Position numbers and translations under genes: made by a program
The notes under the pieces: model-generated
What the model was told of the DNA's origin: nothing
Databases searched by the model: none
Seen by the model: the letters and a program-made list of their open reading frames with translations, nothing else
Assembly (NCBI GenBank): GCA_964457785.1
Contig: CAYWEX010000001.1
Coordinates: forward strand, 1-52,476
Reading direction: 5' to 3'
Source: Candidatus Woesearchaeota archaeon
Lineage (GTDB): Archaea; Nanobdellota; Nanobdellia; SCGC-AAA011-G17; JACPIM01
Length of the DNA stretch: 52,476 bases
Part shown: positions 36,400 to 46,682 of the stretch, piece by piece
How the letters are laid out: the number at the start of each line of letters is the position of its first letter
How positions within the stretch are numbered: position 1 is the stretch's first letter

Positions 36400-37035
36400 T
36401 TATAGAGTCCATGCTCCAAGAATTATTCTTACATCATCAGCAACTGTTTTGTAAGACTGATGACCTTCAATTTTCCTTAACAATCCCCTAGATTCATAGA
36501 ATCTAATTAGGGGCTGTGTTTTTTCTCTGTAAACCTGCAATCTTGTCTTAATAGATTCGGGATTATCATCAACTCTTCTAGATAATGATTTACTACAATT
36601 ATCACAAATATGCGGTTGTTTTGGAGATAAATCCCTGCCATAAGTTATTTTACAATCATCACAATTTTCTCTGTGAGCTAATCTATCAATTATTTCTTTA
36701 TCAGGAACTTCAAATAAAAGAACGTGGTTTAATTTAGTTATTTCCTCTAGTCTTTCTGCTTGAATCAAAGTTCTTGGAAATCCGTCTAAAATAAAACCTA
36801 ATTTACAATCTGGTTTTTCCAATCTTCTTTTTACTACTTTTATTGTAATATCATCTGGCACTAAATTACCAAGATCAAAATATTCTTTTAATTTAACTCC
36901 TAAAGGATCTTGTTCTTTAGCCATTTGCCTAAACATGTCGCCAGTTGCAATTGGGGGCACTTTTAAATATTCAACTATAAGCTTGGCTTGCAAACCCTTT
37001 CCTGCTCCAGGAGCACCTAAAAGAACTATCTTCAT
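36400..37035 (-). CDS. adk: Adenylate kinase paralog / nucleoside monophosphate kinase
   Basis: GAPGAGKGLQA, TGDMFR, LDGFPR, CxxC..CxxC and RVDD motifs. Confidence 0.88.
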   Translation of the reverse strand: MKIVLLGAPGAGKGLQAKLIVEYLKVPPIATGDMFRQMAKEQDPLGVKLKEYFDLGNLVPDDITIKVVKRRLEKPDCKLGFILDGFPRTLIQAERLEEITKLNHVLLFEVPDKEIIDRLAHRENCDDCKITYGRDLSPKQPHICDNCSKSLSRRVDDNPESIKTRLQVYREKTQPLIRFYESRGLLRKIEGHQSYKTVADDVRIILGAWTL

Positions 37036-37121
37036 AGATTAGTAAATGGTGAATTATTCTTATATTAATTATTATAACTGATAATAAGGTTTATAAAATA
37101 TCTAAAAATCATTTTTTATAT

Positions 37122-37220
37122 GCCTCCGTAGCTTAGTAGCTATAGCGGCGGTTTTGTAAATTTTGAATATTCAAAATCCAAATGAACCGCAGGTCAAGGG
37201 TGCAACTCCCTTCGGAGGCT
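37122..37220 (+). tRNA. tRNA-Thr(TGT) with a canonical 37/38 intron (37159-37184)
   Basis: GCCTCCG/CGGAGGC acceptor stem, GCGGT/ACCGC anticodon stem, and a BHB with a TTTG/CAAA helix. Confidence 0.92.
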
Positions 37221-37290
37221 TATTTTCTTAATAACATAAAATTAATATAGTAAATTTGGTAGAGAATATAAAAAAGAAAAAGGTGATAAA

Positions 37291-38085
37291 ATGAACAAAT
37301 CTTTAGAACCTGATGTAAGACAAGAACATCAAAGAATGTTATTAAGATATAGTATAGATAGAAAATCTTCCCGAACAATTCAAAATGACAGAACAACAGA
37401 TGGCATAGGAATTTATGGAGAATTTGTTGTTCCAAAAAGAGATTCTCATGGTCCTTTTCTTTATGTAAAAAATATAGTAAATGATAATTATGAAGTTTCA
37501 TTTAATGGGAATGGATTTTTACCAATATCAATAGTAACTCTTAAAGTGCCTAGTGAGAAAGAAGTTCCTGATGAGAATGGTCAAAATATCTGGATAGGAT
37601 CTTTTAAAGCAAATCTTTTAACAAAAATTCAAAAAGCAGAAGCTAAGCTTGATTCAGATTTCAAAAGAGATTATTTAGGCATTCGAGAACCAGCACTTAA
37701 AAAAGCAGAAAAACCAGTACAAGAAAAATCTGGCTGGTTTAAATCGCTTGTTGGAATTGTAAAAAAAGAAGAACCAAAGCAAGAAAGTAAAAAACAGACC
37801 CAAACAGAAGAACCTGGAGATCATGAAGAATTTATTCAATTACTTGAGAGACAACCGCCACAAGTAAAAGATCTTTATCAAAAAGAAAGAAGAAATTTAA
37901 GCGATTTATTTGGCTTGCTTAGTGTCATAGAAGAAGAAATTTGGGTGGATTTAGGTGGAGAATGGGTAGTTTCTGCTGACAGAAAATCTTTTTGCGCCAA
38001 AGACAAAAACAAGTATTTCTTTGGAGAATCTTCTGAATTTTTTGCCAATAGAGTACTTGGTGTTCATTATAGACCTAGGCAATAA
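37291..38085 (+). CDS. Hypothetical protein
   Basis: 264-aa ORF with AGGTGA RBS, lying between two tRNA genes. Confidence 0.75.
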   Translation: MNKSLEPDVRQEHQRMLLRYSIDRKSSRTIQNDRTTDGIGIYGEFVVPKRDSHGPFLYVKNIVNDNYEVSFNGNGFLPISIVTLKVPSEKEVPDENGQNIWIGSFKANLLTKIQKAEAKLDSDFKRDYLGIREPALKKAEKPVQEKSGWFKSLVGIVKKEEPKQESKKQTQTEEPGDHEEFIQLLERQPPQVKDLYQKERRNLSDLFGLLSVIEEEIWVDLGGEWVVSADRKSFCAKDKNKYFFGESSEFFANRVLGVHYRPRQ

Positions 38086-38123
38086 AAAGAAATTTAAAGC
38101 TAATTTTTAATGTTTTTTTATAC

Positions 38124-38195
38124 GGGCCTGTGGTCTATCGGTATGACGAATCCTTGACGTGGATTAGGTAGTCGGTTCAATTCCGGCCAGGCCCA
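38124..38195 (+). tRNA. tRNA-Val(GAC)
   Basis: GGGCCTG/CAGGCCC acceptor stem, AATCC TTGACGT GGATT anticodon arm, GGTTCAA T-loop. Confidence 0.95.
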
Positions 38196-38235
38196 GTTTA
38201 ACCATTTTTGAAAAAAGCTTAACCAAAAAATAAAA

Positions 38236-38391
38236 TTAATTTGTCGGAACTGGCCCAAGATATCCGAGCAGATACAACAAAATCAAAAGAACAATAATTA
38301 AACTTAATGCAATATTATCCTTTTTCTTATAAAAAGAATAAATTATTGAAACACATACCAGAAGTATACCAACTAATTCTAATCCAGGCAT
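38236..38391 (-). CDS. 51-aa 2-TM small protein
   Basis: MPGLELVGILLVCVSIIYSFYKKKDNIALSLIIVLLILLYLLGYLGPVPTN; GGTGG RBS; starts 1 nt after the upstream stop. Confidence 0.65.
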   Translation of the reverse strand: MPGLELVGILLVCVSIIYSFYKKKDNIALSLIIVLLILLYLLGYLGPVPTN

Positions 38392-38392
38392 T

Positions 38393-38548
38393 TTATCCAC
38401 CACCAGCAGCTATTAAAACAGAACCGATACCAATAAGTACAGTTCCTAAAAGCTGTTTTTGATATGCAAGAAATATAAAACCAACTGCGCCAATTATGGC
38501 ACCTAAAATTCTTAAGGCAAATAAATTAATTTTTCCTAATTTATCCAT
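38393..38548 (-). CDS. 51-aa Gly-rich 2-TM small protein
   Basis: MDKLGKINLFALRILGAIIGAVGFIFLAYQKQLLGTVLIGIGSVLIAAGGG. Confidence 0.65.
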   Translation of the reverse strand: MDKLGKINLFALRILGAIIGAVGFIFLAYQKQLLGTVLIGIGSVLIAAGGG

Positions 38549-38661
38549 TTGATATTTAATTATATATCTGTCTTTTTATACTTTTCCTTCAGCAAAACAT
38601 TTATATATCTCCAAATAACTTATATTACTAAGTTTTATTATATTAATTATATAACTTAGAA

Positions 38662-38790
38662 ATGGGAAGAGTAAACATAGAGATTGATCCGGAAGTGCAC
38701 AAGAAACTAAAAGTAGTATGTGCTATGGAAGAAAAAACCATACAGAAGATAATTAATGATTTATTAAAAGAAAAACTGAAGAAAAAATGA
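38662..38790 (+). CDS. Ribbon-helix-helix DNA-binding protein (42 aa)
   Basis: MGRVNIEIDPEVHKKLKVVCAMEEKTIQKIINDLLKEKLKKK; ATGA overlap with the next gene; AACTTA-N6-TAAGTT palindrome upstream (38617-38634). Confidence 0.8.
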   Translation: MGRVNIEIDPEVHKKLKVVCAMEEKTIQKIINDLLKEKLKKK

Positions 38791-40736
38791 GAAAAAGGGG
38801 GCAGGTTACATTTTTTGTAATAGTTGGTTTAGTAGCACTAAGCACGATTTTACTTGGTTATTATACCAAAGATTATGTTGTTAAAAATATACTAAAAAAA
38901 GATTTTGAAGAAAATATCATAGTCCCAGAAAAAATCAAGCCAATACAAAACTTCGTTATTTCTTGCCTAAAAGAGTCTGGGAAAAGAGGTGTAGAAATAG
39001 TTGGGCAGCAGGGCGGGTATGTTAATATCCCTAGAGATCCATATGGTTTAAGCGAATTAAACCTTGTCTCTAATGCCCTAACTATTTTTCGTGATAATAA
39101 AGTTGCTTACTGGTTTTATGAACAACCGAATAAAATACAATTTAGACAAGTTCCAACAAAAAAAGAAATGGAGAAACAAATTTCAGCTTATGTAGAAGAT
39201 AATGTGCTTGACTGCCTGGGTAATTTCAAGGATTTTACAGAATATGAAATTAAACAAGGTGAAATAAAAGCAAATACTATTTTGAACAGCAATGAAGCTA
39301 CATTTTCTTTGGATTTTCCCATTGGGATTAAAGTAAAAGATTTTGAATTTGAAATTAACAAATTTTCAAGTAAAATTAACTCTCCTCTGCTTGAATTATA
39401 TGAAAAAGCCAAAAAAATATTTGATAATTTAGATAATGAAAATATATTGGAGTATAAAACAAAAACAATGTTGATTGCTTATGAAGAAATACCATTTTCA
39501 GGTTCTACAAATGACTGTGTTGCTCCTGTATGGATTGTTGACAAAGTCAGAGAGGATTTAAAGAAAATTGTTTCAACAAACATACAAGCATTAAAAGTAA
39601 GAGGAACTAATTACAGATTAAGCAGCCAGGAAAACAGTTATTTTGTTTTAGAGCCAGATTTAGATGACCCTTTACTAGATGTAAATTTTTTGTATTCTGA
39701 AAGCTGGCCTTTAGATTTAGATGTAAATCCAAGAGAAGGAAATTTATTGAAAGGGCAGTCAGTCACATCAAAATTAGGTCCTCTAAGAGGTTTAGCTGAA
39801 TCATTTGTCTGCCAAAGCACTTACCACTTTATTTACGACATAAAGTATCCTGTTTTGGTAATTTTAAATAAAGATGATTTTATTTTCCAGTTTGGAACTC
39901 AGGTAATAATAGACAATAATGAGCCAAGAAAAAGCGAGATTATTGGAAAATCTTTTGAAGGTTTTGACAATAGAATTTGTGATGCAAGAAAACAAGAATT
40001 AACTGTATTTACAAAAGACTTTAATGAAAAACCATTAGATGAAGTAACGATAGAATACAAGTGCATTGGTCTTTTATGCAGTATTGGAAAAACAAGCTTG
40101 AATAGTTTAAATGATGCTATTTTAATAGAAAATTACCCTCAGTGTTTGAATGGTGCTTTAATTGGAACTAAAGAAGGGTATCATACTTCAAAAGAAATTG
40201 TTTCGACTTTAGAGAAAAGTACAACTACTTTATTTTTAGAACCTTACAAAGAATTAGATGTTGAAGTTTCTGTTGAAAGGGCTGGAAGCGGAAATTTAGA
40301 TAAAAGCGAGGAAGTGCAAATACAGATTTCAAATGAAGAAAAAGATCATTATGAAACTATTTTATATCCTACACAGAAAAAATTAAAATTAATTACTGGA
40401 GACTACAAAGCAATTATCTATGTTATATCTGATTTTCCAGAAGGGCTTGACTTAAGAGAACAAAAAATAGAGACTTGCTTTAATGCTCCTAAAAAAGGAG
40501 TCTCCGGAGCTTTGTTCCAGCAAACTGAAAAGAAATGTGTCAAGACAACTATTCCTGGAACTACAGTTGACAAGGTTATTTCTGGATATTCAGAAGTTGA
40601 ATTTTCTGTTTCAGAATCTGACTTGCAAAGAAAAAAGATTGTAGTTCATGCTCCTTATGCTGGCAAACCAACTAGTTTGTCAGGATTAAGCAAGGCATTT
40701 GAAAAGAAAAATGTACAAAAACCAGAATTCAAGTAA
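38787..40736 (+). CDS. Large exported protein with a class III (type IV pilin-like) signal peptide
   Basis: MRKRG|QVTFFVIVGLV N-terminus; Cys-containing beta-rich body. Confidence 0.8.
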   Translation: MRKRGQVTFFVIVGLVALSTILLGYYTKDYVVKNILKKDFEENIIVPEKIKPIQNFVISCLKESGKRGVEIVGQQGGYVNIPRDPYGLSELNLVSNALTIFRDNKVAYWFYEQPNKIQFRQVPTKKEMEKQISAYVEDNVLDCLGNFKDFTEYEIKQGEIKANTILNSNEATFSLDFPIGIKVKDFEFEINKFSSKINSPLLELYEKAKKIFDNLDNENILEYKTKTMLIAYEEIPFSGSTNDCVAPVWIVDKVREDLKKIVSTNIQALKVRGTNYRLSSQENSYFVLEPDLDDPLLDVNFLYSESWPLDLDVNPREGNLLKGQSVTSKLGPLRGLAESFVCQSTYHFIYDIKYPVLVILNKDDFIFQFGTQVIIDNNEPRKSEIIGKSFEGFDNRICDARKQELTVFTKDFNEKPLDEVTIEYKCIGLLCSIGKTSLNSLNDAILIENYPQCLNGALIGTKEGYHTSKEIVSTLEKSTTTLFLEPYKELDVEVSVERAGSGNLDKSEEVQIQISNEEKDHYETILYPTQKKLKLITGDYKAIIYVISDFPEGLDLREQKIETCFNAPKKGVSGALFQQTEKKCVKTTIPGTTVDKVISGYSEVEFSVSESDLQRKKIVVHAPYAGKPTSLSGLSKAFEKKNVQKPEFK

Positions 40737-43700
40737 AAGAGTAATTGGACTAATGCTGATAATTTTAGTAATTAGCATGCCATTTACACTTGCAGAAACA
40801 GTGAAGAAAACAGTTGGCAAGGAAGAAACAGACGGATTTTTGTCTGCTACTGTTCCTGAAAATGAAGAAGATATTACAGATGAAGGACAGCTTTCTGATA
40901 TTAATATAATTGTAAACAGATATGAGCCAAGAGTATTAACTTCAAATTTACTTGAAGAACAAAATGTTCCAATTTATGCTTATTTATCTGCAACACCAAC
41001 TGAATCTACTACACTGCCAAGAATACAAAAAGTAACTATAACAGAAGTCAAAGGAAATAGAAGCTCGCAAGCTGGTGTAAGGCATATTGAACCAAAAGTC
41101 TGGAGCTGGGCTGACATAGGATCTATTGTATTAAGATTAAGAAAAATAGAAAAAGAACACAAAGTTCCTGACAAGATTACTGTTGAATTAAAGGCAAGAA
41201 TAGAATATGAAGCTGATGTAACTTCAAATTTATTAGGCGGAGTGCAGACAAAAATAATGAAAGAAACTCCATTAACTTCTTTGCAAGATGTTATATTTGA
41301 TCCTGAAGCAGATATATTTAATGGAAAGGGACATGTTGCTGTAAGAAGTGTATTAACTAACAGCGCTATGTTCAGGATTTATGACAGCGAAGGAAAATTC
41401 ATTACTGAAGTTCCAGCTTATTTAGGAAAAGATTCTGCTCCAGTCAGCTTAGAAAGAGGAAGCACTCAACCTGAAGACCAAGTCAGAATAAGGCTGAATA
41501 AAATTATTGATGAAACTGAAAATTCTGCTAATGTAATTATTGACGGATTAAATCATACATTAATTAGAGGAACAAGAATTCTAGACTGGAAAGTTGATAG
41601 AATTATTATAAAGTGTCCAAGCAAAATAGAAGTAGTGGATGATAAAAATGATGACGAATCTTTTAGCACAACAGAGAAAGAAGTGAAAATACCACAACAA
41701 ACTTGTTCAGAAACTTCTAAAATAAAATATATTAAATTAATAAGAGAAACTGGAGAAGAAGTAATATTAGTTGAAGGTGAATTTAAAGAACTGCAAGGTA
41801 TTTATGATGGGACAAATATAAATGATAAAAATTTTGATTTAGATATAAAAACATCTGAAACCTATGTTGAAAAAATAAAAAACGGATTTACTAAAATACA
41901 GAGAGACTGGGGAACTGAGTTTAAAGTTGAGGCTATAAAAGGAGCAAGAAGAGCAAGAGCTTTATTTAGAGTTGGTGGAGAAAGAGAACCAATAGAAGTT
42001 GAAATTGGCAAAGAAATAACTAAAGGCAATGCTGATTGTAATGATGAGTTAAAGAACAGAAATATTTGTAAAGTAGAAAATATTTTGCCTGGAAGAGTTG
42101 TTATAAGCCATCCTGATATTGATTTAAGTACAAAAAAATGTAAGCTTACAACGACAATTTTGGCATTAAGAAATTTAGACAGAAGATATTTATCTGAGGA
42201 AGTTCTTCTGCCTGTTGAATCTGAAACAGACACATTAAGTTCAAGTTTCTGCGACAAGACTATTGTTTTGGATGGAATAGAAACTTCAAAAGCTGTTGAA
42301 TTTACTCTGCTTTCTGGATTTACAAAAGGAATTACTGAAACTACATTTACTTTGGATATACCAATTGAAAAGAGAGCAATAAAATTATCTCCAAGAAGTT
42401 TAGATAAAAAAATAAATTCAACACAGGAATTAATTGACAAATTATCAAAGACTATTGAGAAATTAGAGAAAGTTGTTGAAACATGGACAAAAATATGCCT
42501 GGCTACAACTGCTTTGTTTACAATATGGAATTTTGTAACTGGATGGGCCAGCGGTACAGGAGAAAAAGAAGAAGAGATTCTAACTCAGGATAAAATTTTT
42601 GAGAAAAATAAAGATAAGTTTAAGGAAGGTGACGGACAAAAATGTACAAAAGAGAATGGATTTAGAAAATTAAAAGGATTTTATTCGACTAGTTCAACTA
42701 AAAGTTCAACTAAAAAAATAGATGAGAGGTTTGCAACAGATGAAGAAGTGGATGAATCTAGAAAAGAAGTATTTTTACAAATAAATGAAAAAGAAAAAAC
42801 AATAGATTATTATTTTATTGAAGATGGAGGCAAATGTAAAAGACATTATGCCTATACTATATTTAATGAAAATGATGTTGAATATACTTACAATCCTTTA
42901 TCTGGAGATGTTGAACCTGTTGCACCATTAAAAGCTGAAGATTATCAGTTTATCAAGATATTAAAAGACAAAGAAAACAGGAATGTTGTTATTATCCCAG
43001 TAAACAATGCGAACCAATTAAAAAGAACTTCTGTAATAATCCAGAGACAGTATGATGAATGGCAGAAAACTTATGGGGAAGCAACAAGATCATTTTACTT
43101 TGCTTATTATGAAGGGGACAGAGTAGAAGTATGGAAAGGTGTAGGAAAAATAGATTTAACTGCTGAACCAAGAGAAAATAATGATGCTCCAATACAAACT
43201 TACACCAAAGGAAGCGACAGAACACAAGTTTATCAGGAATTTGAAAGAAGATTTATACAACCAGTTGGAACTGCGCAAAAAAGAGGAGATTCTAAAGTAA
43301 ATATATTTGGAGAAGAATATAAATTAGATACTTCGAAAAAAATAAGAGGAGATTCTATTAAATGCGAGGAAGTTTTAGGGCCAACACAGTGCAAGTTAAT
43401 GTATAATGCATGCGATCCTGTAATGTGCCCTGCTTCTAGATGCAACTTAGGCGGAAGATATGATGTTCCTGATGACAATGTAATAAAATCAGGATTAATA
43501 GGATCTATAGTTTTATGCGCTCCTAATTTTATAGCAACAGGAGGAGAGGTAGTTGTGCCTATCTGCTTGTCTGGAATTTTAGCTTCTATGAAAAACATAA
43601 GATCATATTTACAAGCTTACAAACAATGCTTGATTACTGCAAAAGCAGATGACAAGGCAGTTGGAATTTGCGACAAGATAAGATCAATATTCATGTGCGA

Positions 43701-45795
43701 GATAATATGGAAAGAAGCCATGACTATCTTGAATTTGAAAGGTGGATTGTTAAATATATTTACCAGAAACATAGGCGGTGGAGACATAAATGAAATGTCC
43801 AGCTTTGGAAAGAGTGTCAAGAATTTAAAAAATACAGTTGATTTTTTCACAAACAGTTATGCCACTACAATATTTGCGTCTTATCAAGGAAAAACTACAG
43901 AAGAGATTGGGTCAGAAGTCTGCAAGTCAGCAATTGGCGGGGCATTCCCAAATTTAGGTGAATTTGTAAATGAGATTTCTCAACCAGAAGACCCCCCTCA
44001 ATTTACAGCCTATTTTGAGGAACATGAATACAGCCCTACACAGAAAGAGTCCAGATATAATGTATTTTATCACATTTATGCTGGAACTCCAAGAGGGACT
44101 TCTGCCCAACCCCTTAATTATTATATATTTTTAAGAAAACAAGGATTAAGAGATTTCCCAGTTGCAAGAGGAGTTTTGAAATCTGGAGAATTTTCAGATG
44201 AAAGCAAAGATTTCAGAGGTCCTGAAGGATATCAGGAAATCTGCATAAGCATGAATGGTGCTGCACAATGCGGATTTGGAAAAGTAGTTTCAAGCAGCTT
44301 TGGAATAAACCAAATAGCAAATAAATATCTTGCTGAAAATTTAGCAAGCAAAATAGAGAAAGCTGAAGATTGTGTTCCTTCTCAGAAGAGCGGGTTGGCA
44401 AATTTTGGCGCTGGATATATACCAACTGCTTCTGTTGAAAGAAGATGCTCGTATACAAATCCTTATTCTGGATTAGGCAAGGCAAAAGAAAAAGAATGGT
44501 ATGATATTGGAAGCTGTGGTGCTGACCAAAAAGGAAAAACTTTAGGACGATGCTGGGAACATGCCAACTTAGAAAGATATCCAAGTATACAAGCACAAGT
44601 ATTTGAAGATAGCTGTACAGAAAATCAAAATGCCCAATTATGTGAAGTTGACCAAAAATGCCATGGTGGAGTTTTGAGAGAATTTGAAATCAAAGCACAA
44701 ACTCCTATTCTCACTTCAGGAAAAACAGATTTAGGAGTAAGAGAATGCTGCTCTGGCGAATGCAAACCAATTTATGATCTTAGTAATGCTATTGAAAGTG
44801 CATTAAAAGAATTTGGAGAGAAAGAAGAATTAGCAAGAGAAGCATACAAGAAAATAAGATTTGAATTTGACGGATTTAACAATTTAGATTCTGAATTTAC
44901 AGGATTAGGTGAAGATGAATCGAAATATAAAAATGAATATCATCATTTTATGGCTTTAATATTAACACAAAGAAAGTTATACAAGGCTGCACTGGATCAA
45001 ATAGATATAATAAAATGCGAAACTGCTAGAGATAAATGCTTAGCAATAGTCGCATTAGAAGAATTAATTAAATTTTATAACGGTGATGCAGAAACTAATA
45101 TTAATTCCAATGGTATAACTGCTGATAATTTAGATAATAAAAAGGAAGAGATTAGAGGATATATAGAAAAGAAAACTCCAAAAGAAAAAACAGGTGCATC
45201 AACAGATGCCAAGAGAATAACACACGCATCACAGCTTTCTGAATTACAGGATAAAGGGAGAGGTATTATCAAAACTAAAAGTTCAGTAATAACCATACAA
45301 AGAGATAATGATAAATTTTGTTTATTAAATAATGAGACTTTAGTGGAATGTGATGAATTTGATGAATTTATAGAAAAATACAAGAATGTGATTAAAGATG
45401 ATAGGCAAGCAATAAATCAACTTATAGAACGACCAGAAAATATTCTCCCCACAGAAAATGAAAAATTCTCTTCTGAAATTACTTACTTTTTTTACCCAGA
45501 TGCAACTAGTGTCGAAATCTTGAAATTGATTTATAGCGATAAGAAAGGATGGAAAATTGATGACGAAGATTATATTAATGAATTAGGAGATAATGAAATT
45601 GCTGTATTCCGAAATTTCTTTGGTCTAATTTCTGATCTAAAAGAAAAAGATTTCTTAACTGGAACGAGAGAAATATTTACTCGGGGTGTGATTGATGGCT
45701 CAAAATCCAAAATCTATTATACTAAAAATTCAAATACTGTTGCAGTGAATAGTTTAGAAGATTTACAAAATAATGCTAAAGGTAATCTCGAATGA
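40711..45795 (+). CDS. Very large (~1700 aa) Cys-rich exported/surface protein
   Basis: Signal peptide, internal coiled coil plus hydrophobic segment, and a Cys-rich NACDPVMCPASRC block. Confidence 0.8.
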   Translation: MYKNQNSSKRVIGLMLIILVISMPFTLAETVKKTVGKEETDGFLSATVPENEEDITDEGQLSDINIIVNRYEPRVLTSNLLEEQNVPIYAYLSATPTESTTLPRIQKVTITEVKGNRSSQAGVRHIEPKVWSWADIGSIVLRLRKIEKEHKVPDKITVELKARIEYEADVTSNLLGGVQTKIMKETPLTSLQDVIFDPEADIFNGKGHVAVRSVLTNSAMFRIYDSEGKFITEVPAYLGKDSAPVSLERGSTQPEDQVRIRLNKIIDETENSANVIIDGLNHTLIRGTRILDWKVDRIIIKCPSKIEVVDDKNDDESFSTTEKEVKIPQQTCSETSKIKYIKLIRETGEEVILVEGEFKELQGIYDGTNINDKNFDLDIKTSETYVEKIKNGFTKIQRDWGTEFKVEAIKGARRARALFRVGGEREPIEVEIGKEITKGNADCNDELKNRNICKVENILPGRVVISHPDIDLSTKKCKLTTTILALRNLDRRYLSEEVLLPVESETDTLSSSFCDKTIVLDGIETSKAVEFTLLSGFTKGITETTFTLDIPIEKRAIKLSPRSLDKKINSTQELIDKLSKTIEKLEKVVETWTKICLATTALFTIWNFVTGWASGTGEKEEEILTQDKIFEKNKDKFKEGDGQKCTKENGFRKLKGFYSTSSTKSSTKKIDERFATDEEVDESRKEVFLQINEKEKTIDYYFIEDGGKCKRHYAYTIFNENDVEYTYNPLSGDVEPVAPLKAEDYQFIKILKDKENRNVVIIPVNNANQLKRTSVIIQRQYDEWQKTYGEATRSFYFAYYEGDRVEVWKGVGKIDLTAEPRENNDAPIQTYTKGSDRTQVYQEFERRFIQPVGTAQKRGDSKVNIFGEEYKLDTSKKIRGDSIKCEEVLGPTQCKLMYNACDPVMCPASRCNLGGRYDVPDDNVIKSGLIGSIVLCAPNFIATGGEVVVPICLSGILASMKNIRSYLQAYKQCLITAKADDKAVGICDKIRSIFMCEIIWKEAMTILNLKGGLLNIFTRNIGGGDINEMSSFGKSVKNLKNTVDFFTNSYATTIFASYQGKTTEEIGSEVCKSAIGGAFPNLGEFVNEISQPEDPPQFTAYFEEHEYSPTQKESRYNVFYHIYAGTPRGTSAQPLNYYIFLRKQGLRDFPVARGVLKSGEFSDESKDFRGPEGYQEICISMNGAAQCGFGKVVSSSFGINQIANKYLAENLASKIEKAEDCVPSQKSGLANFGAGYIPTASVERRCSYTNPYSGLGKAKEKEWYDIGSCGADQKGKTLGRCWEHANLERYPSIQAQVFEDSCTENQNAQLCEVDQKCHGGVLREFEIKAQTPILTSGKTDLGVRECCSGECKPIYDLSNAIESALKEFGEKEELAREAYKKIRFEFDGFNNLDSEFTGLGEDESKYKNEYHHFMALILTQRKLYKAALDQIDIIKCETARDKCLAIVALEELIKFYNGDAETNINSNGITADNLDNKKEEIRGYIEKKTPKEKTGASTDAKRITHASQLSELQDKGRGIIKTKSSVITIQRDNDKFCLLNNETLVECDEFDEFIEKYKNVIKDDRQAINQLIERPENILPTENEKFSSEITYFFYPDATSVEILKLIYSDKKGWKIDDEDYINELGDNEIAVFRNFFGLISDLKEKDFLTGTREIFTRGVIDGSKSKIYYTKNSNTVAVNSLEDLQNNAKGNLE

Positions 45796-46571
45796 AATCT
45801 AATTTTAAACATTTATCAATATTGACTTTAATAGATTTTATAGCTTTAGCATTGTTTTTTTATTTTACTAGATATGTGATTCAGACTGTAAGAGATTATT
45901 ATCAGATTATACAGAATTTAACTCCGCAAATAGATCAGTTTGGAGTAGTTTTACAGCAGAATTCATCTTTATTTGACATGAATGCCCTTGCTGGAAATTT
46001 AGAAGTTATTTCAAGCATGTCAAACAAAATATTCTTATTATTTTTATTATTAGCGTTAGCTTCTTTTTTAATTTACAATATATCGCAGTCAATAAACTGG
46101 AATTTAAGCTTGAATGAATTTAAATTTAAAAATTACAAGAAATACTTAAAGAGATTTACTATTATCAGCATACCAAGTTTTATAATTTTAATTTACTTAG
46201 GATTTAAATTAATTGTATTATTAAGAACTTTTATTCTTGATTTTTGGTTTGAGAACTACTTCAATACAAAAGAATTTTTTATTATCTTATTATTAAGTTT
46301 AATATCATTAAAGATTATTTATTTAAAATTTGAGCTTTATAAATTAATAAATAACCATTCATTAAAAGACTCAATTTACTTATTAAGGAAAAAAGTATGG
46401 AAAAACTGGATTGGATTTGGATTATTTTTAATTACTGCCTTTATTTCTGTTTTACTATTTATTTTAATTTTAAGAATTAACCCTGTATCATTAATAGCTA
46501 TTGTAATAGCTTCCTTAACTGCATTAATAATATTTAATATCTTCAGAATTTATTTTGCATCAAGAAGTTAA
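45792..46571 (+). CDS. Multi-pass membrane protein
   Basis: About six hydrophobic helices; ATGA overlap with the upstream gene. Confidence 0.8.
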   Translation: MKSNFKHLSILTLIDFIALALFFYFTRYVIQTVRDYYQIIQNLTPQIDQFGVVLQQNSSLFDMNALAGNLEVISSMSNKIFLLFLLLALASFLIYNISQSINWNLSLNEFKFKNYKKYLKRFTIISIPSFIILIYLGFKLIVLLRTFILDFWFENYFNTKEFFIILLLSLISLKIIYLKFELYKLINNHSLKDSIYLLRKKVWKNWIGFGLFLITAFISVLLFILILRINPVSLIAIVIASLTALIIFNIFRIYFASRS

Positions 46572-46682
46572 ATAATAATCCTCTTCTTATAATCGTTTAA
46601 TTTTGCAACTATAATGTGATCATATAAAATCAATTACTTTTTATATATTTAATATATACTTAATAATCGTAATCTACCGAAA

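Noticed and set aside
37220-38123. Integrated element between tRNA-Thr and tRNA-Val
   Set aside because: There is a single hypothetical gene, no integrase, and no duplicated tRNA 3' end that I could find.
46572-46682. Eroded toxin gene upstream of the DUF2283-like gene
   Set aside because: The region is short and AT-rich with no convincing reading frame, so a pseudogene call cannot be supported.
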